Positions 1 through 10,143 of a stretch of DNA of 64,000 nucleotides are shown piece by piece (the stretch's first letter is position 1; each line of letters starts with the position of its first letter). The position numbers were made by a program, and so were the translations under genes. Under the pieces are notes generated by a model, which was not told the origin of the DNA, ran no database searches, and saw nothing but the letters and a program-made list of their open reading frames with translations. Source of the DNA: Nitrospirota bacterium (GTDB lineage Bacteria; Nitrospirota; Thermodesulfovibrionia; Thermodesulfovibrionales; UBA9159); NCBI GenBank assembly GCA_963699545.1, contig CAVOUE010000010.1:64001-128000 (forward strand), read 5' to 3'.

Positions 1-805
1 TTAGCAGCCGGCAAAGATATTCGGGAGTAATGGCGATCATCTGCGCCATCTCGTGGTGTTTCAAAGGTACTTGGATTTTGACCTGATGGGAAGACCCCTG
101 CACGTCTGCCGTAATTTCATAGAGCAGCTGCTTCAACCGATCAATGGCAGGCAGACAGCCGAGGCCAACAAGAGTCTCGCTCTGCTTGTAGTACTCCCGG
201 CTGAGCACGATGAGCATCTGGAATGAAAAGTGTGTGTCTGTCGATACATTGTTGAGGAAGGTCTCAGCAGATACGCTTCGCAGCGAGCAGTGCGTCAACG
301 TGGTTGCCGTGAATGAGTACGTTTTTCCGAGTAGCACCGCTGGGGCCCCTATCATCCAATGCTGCCGGCGAAGACCGGCGATTACTTCACGCCCTGTTTG
401 GACTGTCCGCGATAGCTTCAGGAGTCCGCTTTCCACAAGAAAGACGGCCTTTGCGGGGGTATCCTGCCTGAGTATATGGGTACCTGGGGGATATGCCCGA
501 GAAGGTCCCCAGCAGAAGGCATTAGTGTCTTCTTTGCGAATGTCTAAGAAGACATCTGAACCGCGCCTGCTTTTCCGAGAAGACCTTGTTATCAGCGCAT
601 CATACTGCTCTTTCGGTACGTGGCTGAGATCGATATAAAAATCAATCATTTTTTCGAAAATATCCGATGCATTCGGGGGATAGATGTTTTTGTAAGGATA
701 TGAATCCCAGAAGTTTCTTGCGGCCTCTATGCCATCAAGCTGCATTTTTTGGAAGAAGTCGAAAAAGCATTTTGTAAAAAGAAAATTATTGAGGAGGTTG
801 AGCAT
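1..805 (-). CDS. Crp/Fnr-family transcriptional regulator (3' end runs off window)
   Basis: Manual translation, not in the ORF track: open frame from ATG 805 with a cNMP-binding-like region (YPPGTHILRQDTPAKAVFLVESGLLKL) and a C-terminal HTH (LKHHEMAQMIAITPEYLCRLL). Start uncertain. Confidence 0.85.
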   Translation of the reverse strand, partial: MLNLLNNFLFTKCFFDFFQKMQLDGIEAARNFWDSYPYKNIYPPNASDIFEKMIDFYIDLSHVPKEQYDALITRSSRKSRRGSDVFLDIRKEDTNAFCWGPSRAYPPGTHILRQDTPAKAVFLVESGLLKLSRTVQTGREVIAGLRRQHWMIGAPAVLLGKTYSFTATTLTHCSLRSVSAETFLNNVSTDTHFSFQMLIVLSREYYKQSETLVGLGCLPAIDRLKQLLYEITADVQGSSHQVKIQVPLKHHEMAQMIAITPEYLCRLL

Positions 806-1333
806 AGATTTATCGTTTTTCTTCGCTAAACGTAGCTCCCAGGTTATTCAGGAAGAGTAATTCAGCTTCTAATCAATAAGTATCACAATATGTGTTGCTT
901 GTCAAATCGGTATACGCATTGCAAGCATTTTCGACATTACCCATTTTCCGACAAGTGCGTGTCGCCAGCAGAGCTGCACACATCGGATCTGAACGAGGCA
1001 ACTCGCTCGGTGACTGCTTCGCATTCGGTCTTACCTCCTGAAGGATCATCCGACTGAAAGACCTTCGCCAGACGCTCATCCCCAACCCTTTCCTCTTCTC
1101 CACGATATGAGCCGTTATGATTTTACTATGTGCGGATAGCGACATGAACTCCGCAAACTCGGTGTGATGTAATCGGTGAAGTCACCGCTGGGTGCTGACA
1201 ATACGTGCTCATATCTTTTTAGAACATTTCCGATGAAGGTTACTCTTGGAATTCCGCACGAGTGGTGTTAGGGCACCCAGGTTCCCGCGATGCAAGTTTT
1301 TCACCTCCATCTTGTCTCAAATGAGGCTGGTGT

Positions 1334-2086
1334 TTAGTCCTGTGAGCACTTCGCATCGACCTTACCCCTGTCTCCCATCTTCCTCTCGATCTGCGTGCAT
1401 ATCCCCCTGAGCATTCTCAGTTCCCAGCCGGTGAGGCCTGCCCTCCCGAAGAGATGCTTCAGGTTCCTCATGATCCTCGCCTCGAGGTCCCGGTCGCCTC
1501 TGGGGATATATTCAAGGAGTTTAAGGGTGGAGCGGAGGTGCCGGTAAAGCAGGTCGATCTCTGCACGTTCCACCAGTTCCGGGGCCTCTGCCCGGTAAGT
1601 CCCCTGGCTGAGTTCGTACGCCACAAGGAGCACGCTCTGGGCAAGGTTGAGTGACGGCGATGACGGATCAGAGGGGATGGTCATCAGAAAACCGCATTCC
1701 TCCACCTCCCTGTTGTTCAATCCTTTGTCTTCCCTTCCGAAGAGGAGGGCGACCCTGTTCTTTCGCGCTGCGGTGACGATCCTGTCAATGCCCTCCTTCA
1801 GGGGCAGAATGACCCCCCTCCTCTTACCCAGTCGCCTCGTGGTGCCGACGATCATGCCTTTGTTCTTCACCGCGTCTTCGAACCCAGCATGGATCGATGC
1901 CCCTTCCAGGAGATCAACGGCGCTGCACGCCATCTGTCTCGATTCCTCAGTAAGGAAGTTCCGTGGCCCCACCAGTTCGAGGTTCCTGAAGCCCATGTTC
2001 TTCATCGCCCTTGCAGCGGCGCCGATATTTCCCGGTTCTCTTGGTCCAACGAGGACAAATGAGATGTTGTCTTTCCAGTTCTTCAT
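1334..2086 (-). CDS. trmJ: SPOUT RNA methyltransferase, TrmJ/TrmH family
   Basis: Motifs PGNIGAAARAMKNMG, LFGREDKGL, SLNLAQSV. Confidence 0.85.
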   Translation of the reverse strand: MKNWKDNISFVLVGPREPGNIGAAARAMKNMGFRNLELVGPRNFLTEESRQMACSAVDLLEGASIHAGFEDAVKNKGMIVGTTRRLGKRRGVILPLKEGIDRIVTAARKNRVALLFGREDKGLNNREVEECGFLMTIPSDPSSPSLNLAQSVLLVAYELSQGTYRAEAPELVERAEIDLLYRHLRSTLKLLEYIPRGDRDLEARIMRNLKHLFGRAGLTGWELRMLRGICTQIERKMGDRGKVDAKCSQD

Positions 2087-2095
2087 CGCATCAGG

Positions 2096-2148
2096 GAAAA
2101 AGAAACCCTGTCCCGAAGGCTTCCGAGACAGGGTTTCTTACCACGAGC
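2096..2148 (-). terminator. Intrinsic terminator after the 2175..2918 gene
   Basis: Stem AGAAACCCTGTC/GACAGGGTTTCT followed by a T-run on the minus strand. Confidence 0.75.
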
Positions 2149-2174
2149 AAGGCCGGCTCTCCTGATCCCGGGGT

Positions 2175-2918
2175 TCAATTCTCACGAAACAACATTTCGA
2201 TGACCGGAATCTTCTTATATCCCTTTGGGACTTCAAACTCCGCTGCCGGGATATCCTTCTTCTCGAGTTTGACGACCTCATAGGTGACAGGTCCCCTGCT
2301 TCCCAAATAGTTTTTGCTTTTCATCTGCCATCCTCCCTGTTCCAACTTTCTGTATTCGGGGGTTTCTTCGACAGACAGGGGAAGCGAATCCGTAACGTTG
2401 GCAACGCTGAAAAGGCATTTCTCGAATTTCTTCATAAGGGTCCTGAAGAGGGACTCCAGGTCTTTCATCACTGCAGGATCAGAGGTGAGCCATACCTCCT
2501 CGTAGAGCGCTCCATCGGTCAGCACCTTATATTTCACCGTACCGTATCCCGCAATGACCCCTCCGTCCCCCTCGTTCACAACAGCCACCCGGGGCGCATC
2601 CTTGCCGGCCTTTTGCTTCCCCTGGTTCTCCTCCGGCATATTCTTCTTCATCTTGCTCATGCCGGCGACCACCGCCTCGCAGAAATCGTCGATGCTCTCC
2701 CTTGAATAGACCTGCCGTTTGACATCGACAAAGACAATATTCCCCTTTTTTGCGTCCAGGATCGAATACTGATCATCGCCGCTGGAGGTCGCCTTGAGCA
2801 TCCCGTCGGAAATGAGCGTTGTCGCCCCTTGATTGTCAACCTGAACCCATCCTGCAAAAGCAGAGACAGCGAACCCTGCTATCGCTGCGATGACAAAAGA
2901 TACTTTCAGAAGTCTCAT
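2175..2918 (-). CDS. Exported protein, DUF4412-like
   Basis: Signal peptide (..AVSAFA), IAGYGTVKYKV and C-terminal IPAAEFEVPKGY. Confidence 0.6.
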   Translation of the reverse strand: MRLLKVSFVIAAIAGFAVSAFAGWVQVDNQGATTLISDGMLKATSSGDDQYSILDAKKGNIVFVDVKRQVYSRESIDDFCEAVVAGMSKMKKNMPEENQGKQKAGKDAPRVAVVNEGDGGVIAGYGTVKYKVLTDGALYEEVWLTSDPAVMKDLESLFRTLMKKFEKCLFSVANVTDSLPLSVEETPEYRKLEQGGWQMKSKNYLGSRGPVTYEVVKLEKKDIPAAEFEVPKGYKKIPVIEMLFREN

Positions 2919-3069
2919 ATCGCTCCTTACCTCCTTCGTTCTGATGCGTACATGATATCACAAAATACTGAACGGCATACAGCAGGGCATCCGGCGGGGA
3001 ACGACCGGAATTGTGTCCCATGGCGCCTTTCTGTATGGATCAAGCCTTTTTGTGGTATCATGTATGTTC

Positions 3070-3804
3070 ATGGAAAAACGTCTCCAGAAGATCCTCTCGG
3101 AATTGGGTATAGCCTCAAGGCGGAAGGCGGAAGAACTCATCCTCCAGGGCAGTGTGACCGTCAACGGCCAGGTCGCCACCGTCGGAATGAAGGCCGACGC
3201 CGAACGAGATCATATAAAAGTCGGAGGGAAACTCGTGGCGGGTCCGAGCCTGAGGGGGGTCCGGAAGGTCTATCTCATGTGGAACAAGCCCAGGAACGTG
3301 GTGACGACATTGTCCGACCCCCAGGGAAGACCGACGGTGAAGGACTATCTGAAAGAGGTAAAATGCAAGGTATTCCCGGTGGGGCGGCTTGACTTCGACT
3401 CCGAGGGGCTTATCCTGCTGACGAATGACGGCGATTTTGCCAATGCCGTTATGCATCCGTCACGGGAGATGCCCAAGACCTATCTCGTCAAGATCAAGGG
3501 AGAGATAGAAGAAGAGAAACTCGATAAACTGAGGCGCGGCATGAAACTGGAGGACGGCATGACCCTCCCTGCCAGGGCGAAGAAAGTGAGGAAGTCGGAG
3601 AATAACTCTTGGATCGAGATGACCATATTTGAGGGAAGAAAAAGGCAGGTCAGAAGGATGATCGAAAAAGCGGGACATCTTGTGCTGAAACTAAAAAGGG
3701 TCGCGATAAACGGTCTGAAGCTGAGAGACTTAAAGCCCGGTGAACTGAGACCCTTGACGCAGGATGAACTGCATGCGATACAAAAAGAGATAGCGATCAG
3801 GTGA
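3070..3804 (+). CDS. rluB: rRNA pseudouridine synthase (RluB/RsuA family)
   Basis: S4 domain RLQKILSELGIASRRKAEELI and catalytic GRLDFDSEGL. Start placed at ATG 3070. Confidence 0.9.
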   Translation: MEKRLQKILSELGIASRRKAEELILQGSVTVNGQVATVGMKADAERDHIKVGGKLVAGPSLRGVRKVYLMWNKPRNVVTTLSDPQGRPTVKDYLKEVKCKVFPVGRLDFDSEGLILLTNDGDFANAVMHPSREMPKTYLVKIKGEIEEEKLDKLRRGMKLEDGMTLPARAKKVRKSENNSWIEMTIFEGRKRQVRRMIEKAGHLVLKLKRVAINGLKLRDLKPGELRPLTQDELHAIQKEIAIR

Positions 3805-3816
3805 AACGGAGGACCT

Positions 3817-5622
3817 ATGGTTCGTGACAGCGGTTGTGGCGATATCAGGGAGGCGGATATCGGCTCTACGATACACCTTGCAGGGTGGGTATTCCGAAGG
3901 AGGGACCACGGGGGCCTGATCTTTGTTGATCTGAGGGACCGGAGCGGTATCCTCCAGGTGGTCTTCAACCCCGATGGTGCAAAGGACGCCCATGAACTTG
4001 CCCATGGACTGAGAGGGGAGTTCGTGATCAAGGTTTCGGGTGTGGTACGACGCAGGCCTGAAGGGACCGAAAATCCTAACCTCCCCACAGGGATGGTGGA
4101 ACTCTCTGCAGACTCCCTTACCATACTCAATGAAGCCTCGCCCCTCCCCTTCCCTATGGAAGAGGCAGGGGAGGCCTCGGAGTCCCTGAGACTGAAGTAC
4201 CGGTATCTCGACCTGAGAAGACCGGAGTTGCAGCGCAATCTCATCGTCCGCCACAGGGTCACGAAGGTCATAAGGGATTATCTTGACGAGGAGAAGTTCC
4301 TCGAAATAGAGACCCCCATGCTCACAAAATCCACACCGGAAGGCGCCAGGGACTACCTCGTCCCCAGCAGGCTGAACCCTGGTCATTTCTATGCCCTCCC
4401 CCAATCACCTCAGCTCTTTAAGCAGATACTCATGGTTGCGGGCATGGAGAGGTATTTTCAGATAGTGAAGTGTTTTCGCGACGAAGATCTGAGAGCGGAC
4501 CGGCAGCCGGAGTTCACCCAGGTGGACATTGAGATGTCTTTTGCAGAGAGAGAAGACATCATCAGCCTTACCGAAGGCATGCTCCAGCTGCTCTTCAAGG
4601 ACGTTCTTGATATCGACGTCGAGGTCCCTTTCAGGAGGCTTTCGTACAGGGAATCCATGGAGAGGTTCGGGAATGACAAGCCGGACTTGCGCTTTGATCT
4701 CGAGCTGAAGGAGATGGCGGACCTTGCAAGAGGCGGCTCCTTCAAGGTGTTCCTGGAAATCCTGGGATCAGGGGGAAGGGTGAAAGCCCTCAACGGCAAA
4801 GGCATGGCGGGGATGTCGAGAAAGGAGATCGATGTCCTCACAGAGGACGCCAAGTCACTCGGCGCGAAAGGCCTTGCATGGATAAAGGTAAAGAACGGCT
4901 TTGAATCCCCCATCGCGAAGTTCTTTCCCGAGGAGGTCCTGAGGCAGATGGCTGAGAGACTGGGCGCAGACGACGGGGACCTCATGGTCTTTGTGGCTGA
5001 CAGGGAAAAGGTCGTCCATGATGTGTTGAGCCGGCTCAGGCTTGAGTTTGGAAAGAGCCTGAACCTCATCAGGCCGGTCTATAAGTTTGTCTGGATCGTG
5101 GATTTCCCCCTTCTTGAATGGGACGAGGAAGAGTCCAGATTCCAGGCGATGCACCATCCCTTCACTTCTCCGGTCGATGAAGATCTGCAAACCCTTTTTT
5201 CGTGTCATGTCTCCGAACTCCGGTCCTCTTCACGCGGACCGAACTCCGCACTCTCTTTGATAAAGGCCAAGGCCTACGATATTGTTCTCAATGGCTACGA
5301 GATCGGCGGCGGCAGCATCAGGATCCACAGGAAAGATGTTCAGAAAAAGATGTTCGAGGTTTTGGGGATCACCGAGGAAGACGCGAGGATGAAGTTCGGC
5401 TTTCTCCTTGATGCCCTTGAATTCGGGGCTCCTCCCCACGGCGGCATCGCCCTCGGCCTTGACAGACTGTTGATGCTCATGGTCGGCGCGTCATCCATCC
5501 GCGATGTCATCGCTTTTCCAAAGACCCAGAAGGCGGTATGCATGATGAGCGGCGCCCCCTCCACCGTAGAACCGAAGCAGCTGAGAGAACTCTTCATCAA
5601 GACACTGGATCTGGGCGCTTAA
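3817..5622 (+). CDS. aspS: Aspartate-tRNA ligase
   Basis: [44 protein letters not shown]. Confidence 0.97.
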   Translation: MVRDSGCGDIREADIGSTIHLAGWVFRRRDHGGLIFVDLRDRSGILQVVFNPDGAKDAHELAHGLRGEFVIKVSGVVRRRPEGTENPNLPTGMVELSADSLTILNEASPLPFPMEEAGEASESLRLKYRYLDLRRPELQRNLIVRHRVTKVIRDYLDEEKFLEIETPMLTKSTPEGARDYLVPSRLNPGHFYALPQSPQLFKQILMVAGMERYFQIVKCFRDEDLRADRQPEFTQVDIEMSFAEREDIISLTEGMLQLLFKDVLDIDVEVPFRRLSYRESMERFGNDKPDLRFDLELKEMADLARGGSFKVFLEILGSGGRVKALNGKGMAGMSRKEIDVLTEDAKSLGAKGLAWIKVKNGFESPIAKFFPEEVLRQMAERLGADDGDLMVFVADREKVVHDVLSRLRLEFGKSLNLIRPVYKFVWIVDFPLLEWDEEESRFQAMHHPFTSPVDEDLQTLFSCHVSELRSSSRGPNSALSLIKAKAYDIVLNGYEIGGGSIRIHRKDVQKKMFEVLGITEEDARMKFGFLLDALEFGAPPHGGIALGLDRLLMLMVGASSIRDVIAFPKTQKAVCMMSGAPSTVEPKQLRELFIKTLDLGA

Positions 5623-5647
5623 AATCTTTGATTTCGAATCCGGAAAA

Positions 5648-5696
5648 GCGGCTTAGGGCAGGACCCTTTGGGGAATAGCTCCTGCCCTAAGCCGCT
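5648..5696. terminator. Hairpin between convergent aspS and degP-like genes
   Basis: 17-bp inverted repeat AGCGGCTTAGGGCAGGA/TCCTGCCCTAAGCCGCT. Confidence 0.7.
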
Positions 5697-5707
5697 CGCT
5701 CACTACA

Positions 5708-7174
5708 TCACCGGGGTGTCAGTGTTACAAAAGTCGTAGAGCCTTTCCTGTACACAAGTACCAGGATGCTCTGGGCCGAATTGATCTTTCCGGCCACCGC
5801 CATGTAATCCTTCATGTTGTGGATCTTCTTCTTGTCGATTTCCAGGATAACGTCGCTCTTCGCCAGGACTCCATCCGCAGGACTGCCTCCCCCAACCCCG
5901 GCTACCACTACACCGTCGATCTGTTTTGGTAAGGCAAGGGCCTTTCTCACCTCGGGCGAGATATTTCGGACATCAACTCCCTTGAGGAGATTATCGAGAT
6001 CCCCTGAAACCTTCTGCGTCTCTGCCGGCAACTCTTCGATGGCGAGCTGTAGTGTGACCGGCTTACCCTCACGGAGGACACCCAGCGTCACCTCTCTGTT
6101 CGGCGGCGTACTTGCGACCATGTTCCGCAGGTTTGAGGGCTCATCAACCTCTTTGCCGTCGTAGTGCGTAATGACATCGCCTCTTGTTATTCCGGCCTTT
6201 TCTGCCGGACTCCCCTGGGTAACGTCGCTCACAAGTGCACCCTTATCTTCCCTGAGATTGAACTGTTTAGCAAGATCCGGGGTCACCGATTGTACCGAAA
6301 CACCCAGCCATCCCCTCACAACCTTACCGTTCTTTATGAGGTTTTCCATAACCGCGTTCGCCATGCTGCTCGGTATGGCAAACCCGACCCCCTGATAGCC
6401 CCCGGAGGTGCTGAATATGGCGGTATTGATCCCCACAAGCTCACCTCTTACATTCACCAGGGCACCGCCGGAATTCCCCGGGTTAATGGCCGCATCGGTC
6501 TGGATGAAGTCCTCATAATCGGCAATGCCCATGTTGGCCCTGCCGGTTGCGCTCACGATTCCTGAGGTCACCGTCTGACTTAATCCAAAGGGGTTGCCTA
6601 TGGCAATCACCGTCTCTCCCACCTTCAGCTTCCCGGAGTCTCCCAGCCTTACTGCGGGAAGGTGATCCGCCTCGATCTTCACGACCGCAAGGTCGGTCTT
6701 CGGGTCGGCACCGATGACCTTCCCTTTGAACTCCCTCTTGTCCGATAACCTTATCTTGATCTCATCGGCGTTCTTCACAACATGGTTGTTCGTAAGTATG
6801 TAACCGTCCTTATCGACGATGACCCCTGAACCGAGACTAGCCCGCTTCTGCTCTCTCGGCCTTTCGGGCGAGCCAGACTCGTCGCCGAAAAACCTCCTGA
6901 AGAAGGGGTCATTCAAAAAAGGCGATGATCCCCCCCCTGTCTTGATGGTCTGGGTCGATGATATATTCACTACCGCAGGCTTGACAGCTGCGGTAACCTC
7001 CGCCATTGCGTCACTGATCTTTGAAAGTGTGTCGCTGGCGCCCCTGGATACTGTGGGCTCAGCCGCGTCGGCCTTCGCGCAAAAGCTGCCGTGAGGTGAA
7101 ACTGCCAGGCCGATGGTGAGGCCGATGATCAGAAACGTTGCTGCCCGGGAAAGGGACCTTCTAAGGACGTTCAT
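5708..7174 (-). CDS. degP: Do/DegQ serine protease with two PDZ domains
   Basis: TNNHVV, DLAV, INPGNSGG catalytic motifs. Start moved to ATG 7174 behind an AAGGAGG RBS. Confidence 0.9.
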   Translation of the reverse strand: MNVLRRSLSRAATFLIIGLTIGLAVSPHGSFCAKADAAEPTVSRGASDTLSKISDAMAEVTAAVKPAVVNISSTQTIKTGGGSSPFLNDPFFRRFFGDESGSPERPREQKRASLGSGVIVDKDGYILTNNHVVKNADEIKIRLSDKREFKGKVIGADPKTDLAVVKIEADHLPAVRLGDSGKLKVGETVIAIGNPFGLSQTVTSGIVSATGRANMGIADYEDFIQTDAAINPGNSGGALVNVRGELVGINTAIFSTSGGYQGVGFAIPSSMANAVMENLIKNGKVVRGWLGVSVQSVTPDLAKQFNLREDKGALVSDVTQGSPAEKAGITRGDVITHYDGKEVDEPSNLRNMVASTPPNREVTLGVLREGKPVTLQLAIEELPAETQKVSGDLDNLLKGVDVRNISPEVRKALALPKQIDGVVVAGVGGGSPADGVLAKSDVILEIDKKKIHNMKDYMAVAGKINSAQSILVLVYRKGSTTFVTLTPR

Positions 7175-7315
7175 ATCGCTCCTCCTTGATGGTTCAGTAA
7201 ATTTTATAAGTGCCGGCAATTAGTTTAATGATAAAACATGAAGAAAAAGTGAAGACGATACCATGCCTTGGTCAACGGGCGGTCCCACGGCACTCGTTCT
7301 CGCCTCCCGACAAAT

Positions 7316-7458
7316 TAGTGTAGTGCGTCTAACGCTTCTTTACATTACTTCCGAAGCTGTCATTCCCGTGAAAGCGGGAATCCAGACCGAAAAGACTGGA
7401 TTCCGGGTCAAGCCCGGAATGACAAACAGAGTAAAGGGACTTTTGCCGCAATACACTA
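7316..7458. mobile_element. MITE-like element carrying a REP/RS3-like double hairpin
   Basis: Imperfect terminal inverted repeats TAGTGTAGTGCG/CGCAATACACTA enclosing TGTCATTCCCGTGAAAGCGGGAATCCAG...CTGGATTCCGGGTCAAGCCCGGAATGACA (7358-7424). Confidence 0.6.
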
Positions 7459-7483
7459 GGTGCGATGAATAAGCTGAGAACAT

Positions 7484-9067
7484 CTATTTTGATTCGATAT
7501 ATCCCAGATGGACCTGAGATTGAAAAATCTCTTTGAAATTTTGGTTCCCTGAGAGGGTTAGATGCTTTACCCTTTTCGCAAGGAGGCAGGCATTCTGAAA
7601 AGCCGATTTGGACAATGCCATCATCACGGCACCAGTTGCTGGAGTGTTGCCCACATTTTGTATCTTCCGTAACTCTGAAGGCGGAAGAAGCCCGGTTGTC
7701 AGAACATCCCTTGGGTTGATTCGGCTTGCAAAGACACCTGAAAAGAAGATTGCGTTGATCTCATCTGCCCTTAGATTGACATGGGCGAGCACGGTGTCCA
7801 GCGCAGCCCTTGTTGCGGCCTTTGCAAGAATGAATTGTTGTATATCATCTTCACTGACCGTCACATCAGGTGAAAGAATTACCTCCCGACCAGATTTGCC
7901 CCGACGCACTAATTTTTGAGGAATTCTCTCAGGAACCACGGCACCAAACTGATCCAGAGCACCGGCCCTCAGAAGTTCCCCAATCAGACTAAAAAGCCCC
8001 GAACCGGTAATACCGACAGCTGACTTGTTCCCGATCACTGAAATTTCAAAGGCCCCTTTAGCGAATCTCACCTTCTCAATAGCTCCTTCAACACCTCTCA
8101 TACCGCAGGAGATGCCCACGCCCTCAAATGCCGGTCCTGCAGCGGTAGAGCAAGCGACAATAGTTTCCTTTGTGACGACAACTACCTCGGCATTTGTGCC
8201 TATGTCTACGAGCAGGTTTGGAGGTTCTGGATTCAGAAGCGAAACAGCCAGAAGTGCAGCTACTGTATCCGAACCAACAAATCCTCCAACAACAGGGGGA
8301 ATGTGAATAGTAGCTCTCCCCAGAGGGCCCTTCTTAAATGGGGAAAAATGGACAGGACTGTCTATGCCCGATTCATAGGGACATCTCCCTAACTTATCAG
8401 GACTCAGCCCCAACATGAGCGTTTCCATCGCAGTATTCATCACCACTACAACGTCAGTTATCCTCTTGCCTTTATCCGCTGTCAGTTTTGCAAGCTTTTC
8501 CATATCTGAAAGAGTCAAATCCATAAAGGTTTTTCTTGCTTCATCCCAATGATGCGAACAATAAGCAAGACGAGTCATCACATCCGCCCCAAAAATTGAT
8601 TGACCATTGGCAATCGTCGCGGAGGCGATAAGTTTCCCTGTAACGGGGTTCAATAAATGCCCAACTATATTCGTAGTACCCAAATCAACCGCCAGGACGA
8701 CGCCCTCGGAGGGACGATCTTGCCATGGATCAACAGGGAAGCTTAAGTCTTCTATTTTCAACTTGTGTTCAGAGGCCGATACCGGTTCAGGGATTTCTAC
8801 GACCATATCGACCTCCGGGTAAAGTCCACAAGCCAGCCTTATTCCTTCATTTATCTCATCGGTAGAAAGGTGGCTACGTTCAAATTCTGACGGGGCGGGA
8901 GCCATGTTAAAGAGACGAACCCTGCACTTCCCGCAAATACCTTGGCCGCCGCAATAAGAGTTCAAACTCATTCCGGCTCTTGTCAGAACCTGGAACAGGC
9001 TTTCTCTATGGGAAATAGGTAATATCGTTCCTCGGGGAAGAACGGTTATTCTTGCGAACCCAGTCAT
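7484..9067 (-). CDS. Reductive activator of corrinoid proteins (RACE; 2Fe-2S + ASKHA ATPase)
   Basis: CGGQGICGKC...RLAC, DLGTT, FGADVMTR, DIGTNAE, GPAFEG. Confidence 0.9.
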   Translation of the reverse strand: MTGFARITVLPRGTILPISHRESLFQVLTRAGMSLNSYCGGQGICGKCRVRLFNMAPAPSEFERSHLSTDEINEGIRLACGLYPEVDMVVEIPEPVSASEHKLKIEDLSFPVDPWQDRPSEGVVLAVDLGTTNIVGHLLNPVTGKLIASATIANGQSIFGADVMTRLAYCSHHWDEARKTFMDLTLSDMEKLAKLTADKGKRITDVVVVMNTAMETLMLGLSPDKLGRCPYESGIDSPVHFSPFKKGPLGRATIHIPPVVGGFVGSDTVAALLAVSLLNPEPPNLLVDIGTNAEVVVVTKETIVACSTAAGPAFEGVGISCGMRGVEGAIEKVRFAKGAFEISVIGNKSAVGITGSGLFSLIGELLRAGALDQFGAVVPERIPQKLVRRGKSGREVILSPDVTVSEDDIQQFILAKAATRAALDTVLAHVNLRADEINAIFFSGVFASRINPRDVLTTGLLPPSELRKIQNVGNTPATGAVMMALSKSAFQNACLLAKRVKHLTLSGNQNFKEIFQSQVHLGYIESK

Positions 9068-9948
9068 GCGATCTTAAACAACGGATGGGACAAATCCGGA
9101 CATTTTCCCCTTTCCATCATGGACTGGCCGAGGGCTGCTTCCACCATCGCAACTGCTGGGAAAACCGTGTCGGCGAGGGCCATCGGACCATAAATTACAA
9201 ATTCTCCGCCCCAGGCCACTGTGAGGGCGTTTATAACTGCCGTTGCCGGTTTTTTGAAGTTGTCCCCTATCTTGGCTTTTAGGCCGGACCATGTGCTGAT
9301 TGCATTGTGGGCGGCTGCGCCTGGCAGGTATCCTAATTCCTTCGCTTTGGACATGACCTCCTTTGCTGTCCCCATCGAAGGCAAATCGATTATTCCGGGA
9401 TCTATGAGGAAATCGCTTACCCCTTCCGACTTGAGTTTAGCAATAAGACCATCCTCTTTTGTCATCATTCTTATTTTGCCTTCGGCCGAGAAATCGGCGC
9501 TTTCGACCAGCAGTACCACCGCGGCCTTAACCCCGCACTTCCCGATTGCTTCGAACTCTTCTTTCGTGCTTTCTTGCGAGATGCTGTTGTAGATGACACG
9601 ATTGGAGAGGCCCTTGGCTGCCATGTGGCGAATCCCTTCTATTTTCACGACGCTGCTGGTTCCATCCACCATTATAGGTCCTGCGAAATTTTCCACGACA
9701 AAGTCTAAGTAGGTCTTCATAGCGCTTGGCGTAGATGCGAGCACATCGGCACAGCAGGGGATACCGGTAATTTCCGACCACTTTGATTGCAGATCGATCA
9801 ACTTTCCTGCTTCACTTTTATCGAACTGGCCCGTGAGCGGATCGGTCACTATCTTCTGCCTGTCGTAAAAAATGCTTCCGGCAAGAAGGGCAGGCGTCTC
9901 ACCTAAATCCCCGCCCATATTTATTCCACAAACCTTCCTCACTCCCAT
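9064..9948 (-). CDS. MtrH/MtgA-like methylcorrinoid:tetrahydrofolate (pterin) methyltransferase
   Basis: GGDLGETPALLAGSIFY..KIVTD..GQFDK, YNSIS and FVIYGP, typical of the MtrH family. Confidence 0.85.
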   Translation of the reverse strand: MGVRKVCGINMGGDLGETPALLAGSIFYDRQKIVTDPLTGQFDKSEAGKLIDLQSKWSEITGIPCCADVLASTPSAMKTYLDFVVENFAGPIMVDGTSSVVKIEGIRHMAAKGLSNRVIYNSISQESTKEEFEAIGKCGVKAAVVLLVESADFSAEGKIRMMTKEDGLIAKLKSEGVSDFLIDPGIIDLPSMGTAKEVMSKAKELGYLPGAAAHNAISTWSGLKAKIGDNFKKPATAVINALTVAWGGEFVIYGPMALADTVFPAVAMVEAALGQSMMERGKCPDLSHPLFKIA

Positions 9949-10047
9949 AATGTTCTCCCTAAATTTTATTTATAACTCAAAATCTCATAAAGCTCAGAGC
10001 CCCCCTGGGTGAAGCACATCTTTTAGATACACTCTAGGATTAACTCC

Positions 10048-10087
10048 TTTAAGGGAAGCTCCTGAATTTGGCGGAGCTTCCCTTAAA
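10048..10087. terminator. Intra-operon hairpin between MT1 and MT2
   Basis: 15-bp inverted repeat TTTAAGGGAAGCTCC/GGAGCTTCCCTTAAA. Confidence 0.6.
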
Positions 10088-10143
10088 CGGTTGTCTTAGC
10101 TGATCTCAGGAATCCAAAAACAGCGGTTACCTTAGTGCTACCA

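Noticed and set aside
210-638. 142-aa plus-strand ORF
   Set aside because: Antisense to the Crp/Fnr gene.
9064-9948. MtrH as evidence of methanogenesis or archaeal origin
   Set aside because: No other mtr subunits are present, and stand-alone MtrH-like enzymes are known bacterial THF methyltransferases.
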